This document shows positions 1-8,792 of a stretch of DNA of 64,000 nt, piece by piece. A program made the translations under genes and the position numbers. The stretch is from Polyangiaceae bacterium (lineage in GTDB: Bacteria; Myxococcota_A; Polyangia; Polyangiales; Polyangiaceae): contig CBDCTZ010000008.1 of assembly GCA_965222375.1 (NCBI GenBank), positions 256,001 to 320,000 of the forward strand, given 5' to 3'. The notes under the pieces were generated by a model. That model ran no database searches. It had not been told where the DNA came from and saw only the letters and a program-made list of their open reading frames with translations. Within the stretch, counting starts at the first letter, position 1. Each line of letters begins with the position of its first letter.

Positions 1-925
1 CCAGGGCGTGGCTCGTCTTGCCCTTGGGCTCCCCGGCCCGCTGTCCACGCCTCGACGGGAACAAGTGGCCCGTCGTTGGACGCCCTGCCCGCTCCCACCA
101 GTCCCGCAGGATCGGCCGAAGCATCTCCGGCACCTCCAAGAGTTGGGGGCGCCGGGTCTTGCGCCTCGGTGCCCAACCCCACGTAAAGCCCGCGGCGGTG
201 CCACCAGGGCCGGGCTCAAGGTCAAAGGCCTCCCAACACAGCGTGTGCAGGTCGCCGGTGCGCAGCCCGCCGAACATCCGTGCGATGCAGGCCATGGTTT
301 GACGCTCCAGCACTCCATTGCGCCATTCCTTCTCAGGATGCTCCCAGGCCAGGTAGACCGCGAGTTCTTGGTCCGTCAGAACGGCTCGCTCTTTCCTAAC
401 CGCCTCGGGAAACTTCGGCATGGTGACCCCATCCGCGGGGTTCGCATCGACGGCACCCTCGCGGACCAGCGCTGCGAAAACGTTGCGGAGGTCTTGCTTC
501 AGGTGTGTGACGGTCTGCCTCGACTTGCCAGCGGCCTTGCAGTCGTCCAGCACGGTGTTGAGGTCGGTCGTTGGGATCTTGGTGACCTCGGCGTCCCAGA
601 TCGCCGTCGCGTAGGCCTTCAGCCTCGCGATCTCGTCTTTGGCTCCGACCACGCCATCCGAGACCCGCGCCTCGTGCACGCGCTCCGCAACATAACCGAA
701 CGGCTCGGCCCGCGCCGCGGTCTCAGCGGTGGGAACAATGCCTCTCTCAGCGTCGGCCACGAGCTTCGCTAGCTTTCGCCGTGCAAGTGTCTTGTTCGCT
801 GTTCCGAGTGGGAACCAGCGTTTCTCTTTGACAGGTTTCCCGTCGACGTAGCCGACAACGACGGGGATGCGTGCGGCCCAGCCTGCCTTGGTCCAGATCA
901 GTGTGCCTGTTGGTTTTCGGGGCAT
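1..925 (-). CDS. Tyrosine recombinase/integrase, C-terminus truncated by window edge
   Basis: Not in the ORF track; translated by hand from ATG at 925: MPRKPTGTLIWTKAGWAARIP...DANPADGVTMPK...MFGGLRTGDLHTLCW...RRKTRRPQLLEVP...GHLFPSRRG. Shows an arm-binding-like N-terminus, the NP motif, the box I Arg (GLRxxD), the catalytic Lys region and LFPS. Confidence 0.92.
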   Translation of the reverse strand, partial: MPRKPTGTLIWTKAGWAARIPVVVGYVDGKPVKEKRWFPLGTANKTLARRKLAKLVADAERGIVPTAETAARAEPFGYVAERVHEARVSDGVVGAKDEIARLKAYATAIWDAEVTKIPTTDLNTVLDDCKAAGKSRQTVTHLKQDLRNVFAALVREGAVDANPADGVTMPKFPEAVRKERAVLTDQELAVYLAWEHPEKEWRNGVLERQTMACIARMFGGLRTGDLHTLCWEAFDLEPGPGGTAAGFTWGWAPRRKTRRPQLLEVPEMLRPILRDWWERAGRPTTGHLFPSRRGQRAGEPKGKTSHAL

Positions 926-939
926 GTCAGGTCCTCTAG

Positions 940-1866
940 CTAGATGCGGTAGGGCGCCTGTGAAGGCCGAACCAGATCCGGCGAATACCCATGTGTTTTG
1001 AGCAAAGACCGAGCCCCGTGTGGTCCAGTTTCGGGATTCTGTAGCGGACCAAGTATCACGCTCTCCAGCTCAAATTGCCGTCCCCTCGCCGCCGGGATCT
1101 TCACGAAAGGGACAACTCCGGTCGCCCGCGCGCGATGGCACACCAAGTTGGTCTTGAGTGACCCCGCAGCCAAGAGCCTCCACTCGCGTTCCTCTGCGAA
1201 CGCGGAGTGCTTCGCTCTCGGCACAAGGAGGGCAGCCTGACGGAGCATTATCACCACCGCACGCTTCGCAACCGGGACCACGTCGGACACGTTGCGGTCC
1301 GAGACGAACTTGGCGAAGGACTCGGCTAGACGGCGAAACTGATGTCGCATCCGCGCCTGGAGCTTCTGCTCATCGTATTCAACCTTCGCAAGCATCAGCG
1401 CCAACGAGTCTGGCGTGAGTTCCACGCCTTCTTTCGGCATGGGGAGTTGCGCGAAGCCAACCGAGAAGCCCGCACCACCACTTGCATAGCCACGCCACTG
1501 GCTCAAGAGGTCGCCATCCTCAGAGAACGACGCGAGGAACAGATCCGCGACCTCACTCAACGGGACCTTCTTATGGGCCTCGCAGAACTTGCGCAACAGT
1601 TCGTCCGCAAGGTGGTTGCCGGTGGTGACCGTCTCCGCTGCAGCGTCCACCAGACGCTGACCGAGTTTCAGTTCCTCACGATCGTTCAGGTGCAGCGCGT
1701 GTGTCGCCCAAATCTCGCCTTTCTCGATCATTCCAACGAACCCCGTCGCGTCGGTGTAGTGGTAGAGCGGCACGTTCTGGGTGTCGTCGAGTTCTTCCAG
1801 CGAGAGCGCCTCTTCGAGCTCGACGAGTAGTGATTCCTCCTTTGAGTTCGACTCGGAAACTGTCAC
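940..1866 (-). CDS. DUF2971 domain protein (putative defence-associated, ART-like motifs)
   Basis: Motifs LYHYT, LNDREE, SFSEDGDLLSQWRGYA and KHSAFAEEREWRL are typical of DUF2971. Confidence 0.8.
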   Translation of the reverse strand: MTVSESNSKEESLLVELEEALSLEELDDTQNVPLYHYTDATGFVGMIEKGEIWATHALHLNDREELKLGQRLVDAAAETVTTGNHLADELLRKFCEAHKKVPLSEVADLFLASFSEDGDLLSQWRGYASGGAGFSVGFAQLPMPKEGVELTPDSLALMLAKVEYDEQKLQARMRHQFRRLAESFAKFVSDRNVSDVVPVAKRAVVIMLRQAALLVPRAKHSAFAEEREWRLLAAGSLKTNLVCHRARATGVVPFVKIPAARGRQFELESVILGPLQNPETGPHGARSLLKTHGYSPDLVRPSQAPYRI

Positions 1867-1932
1867 GGCCGCGCCTCTGTGAGGGCATGCGCTTCCGTGG
1901 CTGCTTTCTCCGTCATGGCACTTCTCCTGGCC

Positions 1933-2118
1933 TCAGCGCTTCCGCTTCGTCTTGGGGCGGGCAGCGGCCCTGATCGGCACACCGAGCTGTACGGCGTAGG
2001 CCCTAACGGCCCGCCGCACGATGTCCGAGCGCTTCAATCGCTCGACCTGTGCGCAAGCCTCCAGCAGCTCCAGGTCATCCGGAGGGAACTTCACACACAC
2101 CGTGGTCAGATCGGCCAT
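1933..2118 (-). CDS. CopG-like ribbon-helix-helix regulator (leaderless)
   Basis: MADLTTVCVKFPPDDLELLEACAQVERLKRSDIVRRAVRAY fits the RHH pattern (beta strand, helix, RSDIVRxA). ATG at 2118 lies 7 nt below a -10 box. Confidence 0.8.
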   Translation of the reverse strand: MADLTTVCVKFPPDDLELLEACAQVERLKRSDIVRRAVRAYAVQLGVPIRAAARPKTKRKR

Positions 2119-2154
2119 GGAAGACACGGTAATACTGTGTCTTCCATGAATCAA
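2116..2154 (-). promoter_or_regulatory. Sigma70-type promoter with overlapping 33-bp palindromic operator
   Basis: Minus strand reads TTGATT-N17-TACCGT-N7-ATG. Bases 2116-2148, CATGGAAGACACGGTA-A-TACTGTGTCTTCCATG, form 16-bp arms with one mismatch. Confidence 0.75.
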
Positions 2155-2229
2155 GCACGAGATGCCAAAAAACGGCCTTCAAGCAAGCGCATGTGTCGTT
2201 CCCGTTGAACGCGGTAGGATGTCCACGAG

Positions 2230-2754
2230 ATGACCGACCGGAGCGACCCGCTCAACCAAGGAATCGAGAAGGCAGTCCCACCTCGCAAGCAACCACACTG
2301 GTTCTGGCAGGGCCTGAGTACTGGTGTCGTCGGGGGACTCCTCGGCGCGGGAGTCGGCATAGTGGGTGGCGTCTATCACCTAGGAAAACTCGAAGAACGG
2401 CTCGACACAATCAGGGCAGATGTCACCGGCAAGCTGGAGGCGGTGCGAGCAGAGGTGCGCGGGAACAGAACACTCATCGAAAACCACAAGGCCTGGCACG
2501 ATGGGCGCGCGGGCAGTCCAGTGCACGCAGCGCCAATGCCATCGGCCAACCCGCCTGGGAAGCGCGACATGCCTTGGACACCGGAGTTCCGTAAAGCGCG
2601 AGAAGCGTATTGCACCAAGCGCTGTGGTCAGAAGTACCCTGAGACCACGTGCCACGGAGAATGTCGTCAGCAGTTCCACGATTGCGGCATGGGCTGCAGA
2701 GCAGACCCAAAGGACCCGTGCTTCAAATCTTGCGTGAAAGCGCTGAATCGCTAG
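2230..2754 (+). CDS. Single-TM protein with coiled coil and Cys-rich C-terminal domain
   Basis: Gly-rich TM segment GVVGGLLGAGVGIVGGVY; 8 Cys in the C-terminal ~48 aa. Confidence 0.65.
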   Translation: MTDRSDPLNQGIEKAVPPRKQPHWFWQGLSTGVVGGLLGAGVGIVGGVYHLGKLEERLDTIRADVTGKLEAVRAEVRGNRTLIENHKAWHDGRAGSPVHAAPMPSANPPGKRDMPWTPEFRKAREAYCTKRCGQKYPETTCHGECRQQFHDCGMGCRADPKDPCFKSCVKALNR

Positions 2755-2775
2755 GACAACCGACGGACGTGCCTG

Positions 2776-3663
2776 ATGAGGGACTACGAGCTTGACGAAC
2801 TGAAGGAGTTGTCCAAGCGGCTCGATGCCAAGTCGACCCTCCGGGAAGATGAAGTCAAGGTAAAATCGCGCACGGGTTGGAGCGTGACCGTGGAGGCACC
2901 TTCCATTGAACACTTGAACGTAAGAAGCACAGACCGACGGCGGGCTCGACTCACTCTCAAATCCGCACTGATCGAGCAGCTAGGCGAGCGCGGTCTCCTT
3001 CGGCCGAGCGAGCTGGATGACGTTCAATACGGCTACGGGGATGCGGCAACCCACAACCAAGAGGTGTTCGAGGACCTCTCCGGCATTCTTGAGCAAGGCC
3101 GGGCGGAAGAAGAGCTTCAGAAGTGCCTTGGGCGACATCCCGACATCTGGCGCTTTCTCGTCGGAACGAGGCCGCAAGTTGTCGACAAGATGCCACTTGG
3201 GCAGGCGTTTGTAACGGACTTCGTTGTGTTTGGCGCCGTCCTATGGGGTCAGTCGGAGACACCGACGGCAACGTTTGTGGAGATAGAGCGCGCTGACGCG
3301 AAGCTGTTCACCGCGAAAGGCGATCCTACGCGCGAACTGACGCACGGATTGCGCCAACTGCGAAACTGGAGGCAGTGGATCGCGGACCACAAGCAACAGG
3401 TGCGCGAACACCTGCTGGAGAAGACGCACCTTTCGTGGGAGCGACACGGCTACGAGGGACGGAGCGCTGGTGTTCCTGCGTACGGCTTCGCTGACGAATA
3501 CCTTCTGGTCATCGGTCGCAGGGGAAGCATGACTCCCGCCCAACGTTGGCAGTTGCAGCAGCTGTCTGCGGAACTGCCGAAAACGAATATCGTGACGTAC
3601 GATCTACTGCTGGACGTAGTTTGCCCAGAAGCTCCCTGGCCTCGTTGGATGGTCGAGGACTGA
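2776..3663 (+). CDS. Shedu (SduA/DUF4263)-like anti-phage nuclease, paralogue 1
   Basis: EEELQKCL..HP, VTDFVV, FVEIER, KLF, QLRNWRQWI, LLVIGRR and IVTYDLLL match the DUF4263 motif order. Confidence 0.8.
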   Translation: MRDYELDELKELSKRLDAKSTLREDEVKVKSRTGWSVTVEAPSIEHLNVRSTDRRRARLTLKSALIEQLGERGLLRPSELDDVQYGYGDAATHNQEVFEDLSGILEQGRAEEELQKCLGRHPDIWRFLVGTRPQVVDKMPLGQAFVTDFVVFGAVLWGQSETPTATFVEIERADAKLFTAKGDPTRELTHGLRQLRNWRQWIADHKQQVREHLLEKTHLSWERHGYEGRSAGVPAYGFADEYLLVIGRRGSMTPAQRWQLQQLSAELPKTNIVTYDLLLDVVCPEAPWPRWMVED

Positions 3664-3796
3664 CGGCCCCAACAGCCGCCGAACCTCGATTGTCGCTGCC
3701 CGCAATAGTCCGCAGGCACCTGCTTCGCACTCGGCGCATTGACGCGGACATGGCCTGCCGTTCCAATGACTGCCGTTCGACACGAAAGGCCGAACC

Positions 3797-4684
3797 ATGG
3801 GCGATGACGAGCTAGAAGAACTGGAGCACTTGGCGAAACGTCTGGATCCCGACGCGAGCATCGTAGAACACGAGACGGACACGCCGCCCGCTCCCAAGTG
3901 GGTCGTGACTGTCGATGCGCGAACGTTGGAACCGGTGGAAATTCGATGTGCGAGCCGATCGCATGCCAGGCGTACTCTCAAGTCGTCCCTCCTTGAGCTA
4001 CTGGGCGAACGCGGGATGCTTCGCGCGCCCGAGGTCAACCGAGAAAACTGGGACCAGTCTGTTCCAGGAATGCAAAACGAGAAGGCGCACGCCGAGCTCC
4101 TAGACGTGCTCGCGAGCGGACGAGTCGAAGAGGACCTTCAAAAGTGTCTTGAGCGACACCCCGATATCTGGCGCTTTCTCGTCGCAACTAAGCCGCAGGT
4201 GGTGAACAAGATGCCTCTGGGGCATGACATGGTGACCGACTTTGTCGTTTTCGGCGCCGCGCCCTGGTCTCAATCTCAAATGCCGACGGCGACGTTTGTC
4301 GAGATTGAGCGCGCTGACGCAAAAATGTTCACTGCGAAGGGTGATGCGGCGCGGGAATTGACTCATGGCTTGGGCCAACTTCGAGATTGGAAACGGTGGA
4401 TTGGCGACCACAAGCAGGAGGTTCGGGAGTACCTCCTGGAGCACACCGCACTCAGCTGGGAGCGACATGGTTTCGAGGGCGAGTACGGCATGCCCCCATT
4501 TGGATTCGAAGACCGCTACCTACTTGTCATCGGCCGCAGGGCGAGCATGACGTCGGCCCAACGCTTTCAGCTGCACAAGTTGTGCGAAGACACTCCCAAA
4601 ACCACAATCGTCACGTTCGACATGCTCCTTGACGTGGTGTGTCCCGAAGCGCCGTACTTTCCGCCCTGGATGTGGGACGACTGA
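3797..4684 (+). CDS. Shedu (SduA/DUF4263)-like anti-phage nuclease, paralogue 2
   Basis: Same motifs as 2776-3663; colinear paralogue of identical length (295 aa). Confidence 0.8.
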   Translation: MGDDELEELEHLAKRLDPDASIVEHETDTPPAPKWVVTVDARTLEPVEIRCASRSHARRTLKSSLLELLGERGMLRAPEVNRENWDQSVPGMQNEKAHAELLDVLASGRVEEDLQKCLERHPDIWRFLVATKPQVVNKMPLGHDMVTDFVVFGAAPWSQSQMPTATFVEIERADAKMFTAKGDAARELTHGLGQLRDWKRWIGDHKQEVREYLLEHTALSWERHGFEGEYGMPPFGFEDRYLLVIGRRASMTSAQRFQLHKLCEDTPKTTIVTFDMLLDVVCPEAPYFPPWMWDD

Positions 4685-4694
4685 CACGGACTAC

Positions 4695-4728
4695 CCCTCT
4701 CGCCAGCAGGCCTTGCTTCGCGAGAGGG
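4695..4728. terminator. GC-rich hairpin between convergent genes (possible terminator)
   Basis: CCCTCTCGC...GCGAGAGGG 9-bp arms just after the paralogue-2 stop; no U-tract. Confidence 0.4.
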
Positions 4729-4765
4729 TCTCGGGCTGGGTGGTCCGCAAGCCACACCTCACCGG

Positions 4766-5680
4766 TCAGGGAAGCGCGAACGTTGAGAGGTCGATAGGCT
4801 CACCAGTTGCCAGGTGAAGAAACGGCTTCTGGAGGCGACCAGCAGCTGCGGCGTACGCCTTCGGGCTTGGCATTAGCTCAGGCTCGCGCAAGCCCAACAC
4901 ACGCGCAAGCCCGGCAGCGGAGCAAGGAGCCAAGCCACACTTGAACAACTTCCTAGCACACGGTTCGAAACCGTCATGGACAGTTCCCCAGGGGAAAGCG
5001 TCAACGAACCCTGTGCCAGGTTCAGGCCGCAGCTTGCTAGCCTCAACGAGGCCGGCACGGACGGATGCCACGACCTGGGCCGTACACACGTCCGAGTTCT
5101 CATCGGTGGGAAAGTCGGCGATGAGCATCTTCATTTTCGTGGGAAATGCTGTCCAACATTTCGCTCGTTCTTGCCCGGTGCGCTTGCCGCCGGCAGCTTG
5201 GTAGCAAAGGCCGTGGCACGTCTGATCGTTGCAACGCCTCTGGCAGCGTTCGTAACTCTCCGTGTACTGGAGAGATCCGTCGCGGCGTTCGTAGATGACG
5301 CCGCGGGCACAAGTATTGGCCTCGTTGTACTTGACCTCGGCGCGCCGCAGGATGGGGTAGCTGCTCCGCAGCGCGCGCGCCATTGCCGTGGCCTGCAGAA
5401 GCGTGCGTGGTTGCACTTCCGGAGTCTCCGCCGCCTGCGTGGCTTCCGGCTGTGCGCCACGCCGCGCGAGCAAGTAGACCGCAAGCCCCAGGACGACAAC
5501 AACTCCAATGAGCCAAGCACCTCGTGCTGAGTATCTCCTGCCGCTTTGTGGTCGTCCCGTTGGTCGCAGCCCTGACGGATGGTCCACGGCACGGTGCTGC
5601 GCGAGACCACTACCACAGTGCTTGCACTTGATCGCTTCCGTCCGGATCTCCTCGGCGCAGTATGGACATTTGCTCGTCAT
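4766..5680 (-). CDS. Zinc-ribbon + TM + Cys-rich extracytoplasmic domain protein
   Basis: N-terminal CPYCAEEI...KCKHCGS zinc ribbon, TM WLIGVVVVLGLAVYLL, Cys-rich remainder. Confidence 0.75.
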   Translation of the reverse strand: MTSKCPYCAEEIRTEAIKCKHCGSGLAQHRAVDHPSGLRPTGRPQSGRRYSARGAWLIGVVVVLGLAVYLLARRGAQPEATQAAETPEVQPRTLLQATAMARALRSSYPILRRAEVKYNEANTCARGVIYERRDGSLQYTESYERCQRRCNDQTCHGLCYQAAGGKRTGQERAKCWTAFPTKMKMLIADFPTDENSDVCTAQVVASVRAGLVEASKLRPEPGTGFVDAFPWGTVHDGFEPCARKLFKCGLAPCSAAGLARVLGLREPELMPSPKAYAAAAGRLQKPFLHLATGEPIDLSTFALP

Positions 5681-5763
5681 CTTCGCTCCGCTAGGTCGCC
5701 CAGCTAGACACGGTACTCGAATACCGTGGCCGCGACAACGCGACGGGGCCTACGTGGTCGCAA

Positions 5764-6027
5764 ATGCCGAAGCGCACGCGTTCTCCGGACACGACGCTGC
5801 TGCGCCAGGTGGGCGCTCGCGTTCGGCATGCGCGACTGGCCGCAGGATTGACACAAGAGGACGCGGCCGGACAAGCAGGAATGGACTGGCGTCGGTGGCA
5901 ACGTCTCGAGGCTGGCGAGGTTAACGCGACCATTGGCACGCTCGGACGCGTGGCGAATGCGCTTGGCTCGGATCTTTGGTGCCTTCTCGGGTCGACTGAT
6001 CCGCGAAAACCTCGACGCCCAAGGTAG
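5764..6027 (+). CDS. XRE-family HTH regulator
   Basis: VGARVRHARLAAGLTQEDAA...LEAGEVNATIGTLGRVANALG. Confidence 0.88.
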   Translation: MPKRTRSPDTTLLRQVGARVRHARLAAGLTQEDAAGQAGMDWRRWQRLEAGEVNATIGTLGRVANALGSDLWCLLGSTDPRKPRRPR

Positions 6028-6112
6028 GCTCCTTGATCGGAGAGCGTCGGGAAGAAAGCGCCCAACTCGGCATCGCAGCAAGTCGTTACGCACGCAGCAC
6101 ACGTCAGCCCCA

Positions 6113-7723
6113 TCAGTAGGGACCTCGCCGCCAAGACTCACTGCTTTCTCGATCCGGGAGACGCGTACGTGTCCCGCAAACGATGACGCTACGACCCGCC
6201 CAACATTCGGGGTCATCCACGTACCCGAATGCCCCCCCCTGCGTGTGCATCGAACCGGGATCTCCTCCGGATTGCGCCCCGACCGTCGAGCTACTTCGCG
6301 AGGCGTGCCACAGCGCCAGCACGAAGGCCGACACGAGGTCACCGTGGGCTCCGCCGCGGCGGGGCGAGGTTATCTTGAGCCCGCCGCCAGTCGTTGGCTG
6401 GCTTACGACCTCGCCAAGCTGCACCGCAAGGCGCGTCAAAGTGCTCGGAATTCGGATGCGCCCAGCATGCAGCAGCTCACGCGCGACGCCGTACGATCGC
6501 GCCTTGCCCATCTGGCCACCCGGAGCCTGATACAGCTGTAGGTCGTGGGAGGTCGCCGCCTCGCGGACAGCTTCCAAGTAGAAAGCGTCGCTGCTGAATC
6601 CCGAGCCGCCATAGTCCCTCACCATCTGGCAGAAGCCGCCAGTGACCACACTCGGCACCAGAGGTTTGCCCTTGGCCGGCCTGCGCTCGAAGGCGGAACA
6701 GACGACGTACGAGGGCCGATTCTCAGAGCTCGCGGCGACCACAACACCCGCTGCCGCATCCTGACGGGCTGCGAAGTCGTAGCCGGCTCCGACCACCCAA
6801 TGACCAAGGTTCGAGAGCGAGTCGAGGGCGACCGGACACGGCAAATTGTCATCGAGCGCGTCCGAAATCGCGCCCCTGTCGAAGTACGCACCTGCACCAC
6901 CGGTGAACGGCACACAGTCGAACTCGCGCGCAGCGTTCAGCGGATCTCGGACTCGCTCGGCCTCAACAACAGCCCGAATCTTTGGACTATCGGGACGCAT
7001 CAGCTCGGTCGGAGCAACGCACGCCAGTGCTGAACTTGGCGAGCCGAGGTTTTGGCGGACGAGGTCATGCAGCAAACCCGACTCCAACCATGCAGTGCTG
7101 ATAACGCACAGAACTCCGTCGGCGACGATTCGCACGGCGAGCGCACGGAACAGCTCTGAATCGTTGATCTCCCCGCTGTCGCCGTCGCGGAAGAAAGCCG
7201 ACTCGTCCATCAGTCCAGCCAAGAGCGTGCGACCTCGTAGCGCCGACCCGCCGCGCGTTGCCGGCAGGGCAGTCACAACCACGCTGTAGCCGTCAGGTCG
7301 CCTGATCGTGAGCGAGTCAGAGCTGCGCCCGGCAACGAACCGCGCAAGGTCAGGCGACGCCATGGCCGCCCCCGCCGCGTAGCGCAGGCCCTGACGCGCC
7401 AATCGCATGTCCGGAGCTACAATCGGGCAGAACCCAAGTTCGCCCGCAGCAAGGCCCGCACAACTTGCGGTGAAAGCTCGATACAACAGGAACAAAGAGC
7501 AGAGCCAGGTACCACCCGCACGTGCACCCTTTGTCACTGCGAATACTCCACGCGCCTCCAACGGCACCGTGTAGACATCGCCAAACAGCTGCCGGGCGTG
7601 GTCGCGCGCCGCCCCAGTCAGGTCGCATGGCTCGACGGCGTCAAATCCCACGCGAGCGAGAACCCGTTGCGCGGGCGTAAGATCGACACGCAGAACGCAG
7701 TCCGCGAACTCTTCGAAGCGCAT
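6113..7723 (-). CDS. Terminase large subunit
   Basis: LTPAQ Q-motif, deviant Walker A KGARAGGT, Walker B LMDESAF, coupling motif ISTA, REF, and RNase H-like nuclease motifs GYDFA..QD, SDAF, HGDLVSA. RBS AAGGAG upstream. Confidence 0.85.
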   Translation of the reverse strand: MRFEEFADCVLRVDLTPAQRVLARVGFDAVEPCDLTGAARDHARQLFGDVYTVPLEARGVFAVTKGARAGGTWLCSLFLLYRAFTASCAGLAAGELGFCPIVAPDMRLARQGLRYAAGAAMASPDLARFVAGRSSDSLTIRRPDGYSVVVTALPATRGGSALRGRTLLAGLMDESAFFRDGDSGEINDSELFRALAVRIVADGVLCVISTAWLESGLLHDLVRQNLGSPSSALACVAPTELMRPDSPKIRAVVEAERVRDPLNAAREFDCVPFTGGAGAYFDRGAISDALDDNLPCPVALDSLSNLGHWVVGAGYDFAARQDAAAGVVVAASSENRPSYVVCSAFERRPAKGKPLVPSVVTGGFCQMVRDYGGSGFSSDAFYLEAVREAATSHDLQLYQAPGGQMGKARSYGVARELLHAGRIRIPSTLTRLAVQLGEVVSQPTTGGGLKITSPRRGGAHGDLVSAFVLALWHASRSSSTVGAQSGGDPGSMHTQGGAFGYVDDPECWAGRSVIVCGTRTRLPDRESSESWRRGPY

Positions 7724-7848
7724 GGCGTCTGTACTCCTTTCGACAAGTGCGCTTCTGGCAACCGCTCAGACGGCCAATGTCCCTGGCTGTCCGAGCGGCA
7801 GGGCCGCGACTTCGACCCTTCGCGGTGGAGCCTCCGCTGCCAAAAAAC

Positions 7849-8457
7849 TCATCTCCAACGCAGACCGAGCCACTCCTCGCATTGATAGCCAGCGAGTCCT
7901 GCGTCGTGAACCGCTCTGCGGAACGTCGCGGCAAACTCGCGGTACCGGGGTTGGACTCGGCCGGGGCTGCAATCGCGTAGGCCGTGCTGCTTGCAGAACT
8001 GCTCCAAGCGCGCCGCCGCGCTTGACCGCCGGGCAACGCAGCTCAGCTCTTCACGCACTGCATCAAGTAGCGCCATTGCCCGCGTTCCGAAACTCTCCAG
8101 GCTCAGCTCTGGCTCCCCCCAGGCCACCGCCGCATCCTCGTCGGCTGCGTCTAGTTGGGCGCGAAAGCCCACGTCTTCCCATCGACGCTCGGAACGCGCG
8201 AGTGCCTCACTCGCCAACCGATGTTGCGTACGTGCAACGTCAATCTGCGCCTTCGCGGCTGCCACGCCGCTTGCATCCAACCGACCGAGAGCCGCCTCGG
8301 TTGTTGCGTGTTCGGCTGCGGCCACCGCCTGGGTAGTCTCCGCTGCCAACTCGTCAACGCGCTCGCGCTCGCTCTCGATGCGCTCACGGAAGGCGCGGCT
8401 TGCGCGCCCAAGCTCTTCGTCGGCCGCGTCCGCCGAGGACGAAGTTGCCGCACTCAC
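7849..8457 (-). CDS. All-helical/coiled-coil hypothetical protein
   Basis: Ala/Glu/Arg-rich helical sequence; GGAGG RBS; GTG overlaps the upstream stop. Confidence 0.6.
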   Translation of the reverse strand: MSAATSSSADAADEELGRASRAFRERIESERERVDELAAETTQAVAAAEHATTEAALGRLDASGVAAAKAQIDVARTQHRLASEALARSERRWEDVGFRAQLDAADEDAAVAWGEPELSLESFGTRAMALLDAVREELSCVARRSSAAARLEQFCKQHGLRDCSPGRVQPRYREFAATFRRAVHDAGLAGYQCEEWLGLRWR

Positions 8458-8792
8458 AGTCTGCCTCCATCGATTACTCGGCGCTGCGAACGAAGCCGGC
8501 GCGCGTGCCTAATTTGCGCGTCCAGCGGCATGCTTGCGAAACTCGCGTCTCGAGCGCACATGAAGTTGATCAGCTTCTCCGTAACGTTTCGCCCGGCCGT
8601 CGTCGAAAGGTCCACCGGTTCGTTGGTGTCCCGTTCATTCTCTTCCAAACGGGTGACAAATATTGCGAGCGCTCGCGCCACCGGCAGGCTTCGATCCTGG
8701 GCGCTGAGCGTCTGGTAGACGTCCGCCAGAGAGTGGTTGTGAAGCTGTTCGGCGAGCGCCCCAAGGTCTATCCTGTTTAGAGTTCGTCGCAT
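8454..8792 (-). CDS. Hypothetical protein
   Basis: Overlaps both neighbours in a minus-strand operon. Confidence 0.55.
   Translation of the reverse strand: MRRTLNRIDLGALAEQLHNHSLADVYQTLSAQDRSLPVARALAIFVTRLEENERDTNEPVDLSTTAGRNVTEKLINFMCARDASFASMPLDAQIRHARRLRSQRRVIDGGRL

Noticed and set aside
8..772. 254-aa plus-strand ORF
   Set aside because: Antisense shadow of the integrase, which has clear motifs on the minus strand.
2754..4766. Integron cassette array explaining the tandem cargo genes
   Set aside because: No attC-like RYYYAAC...GTTRRRY hairpins in the spacers, and the integrase looks phage-type.
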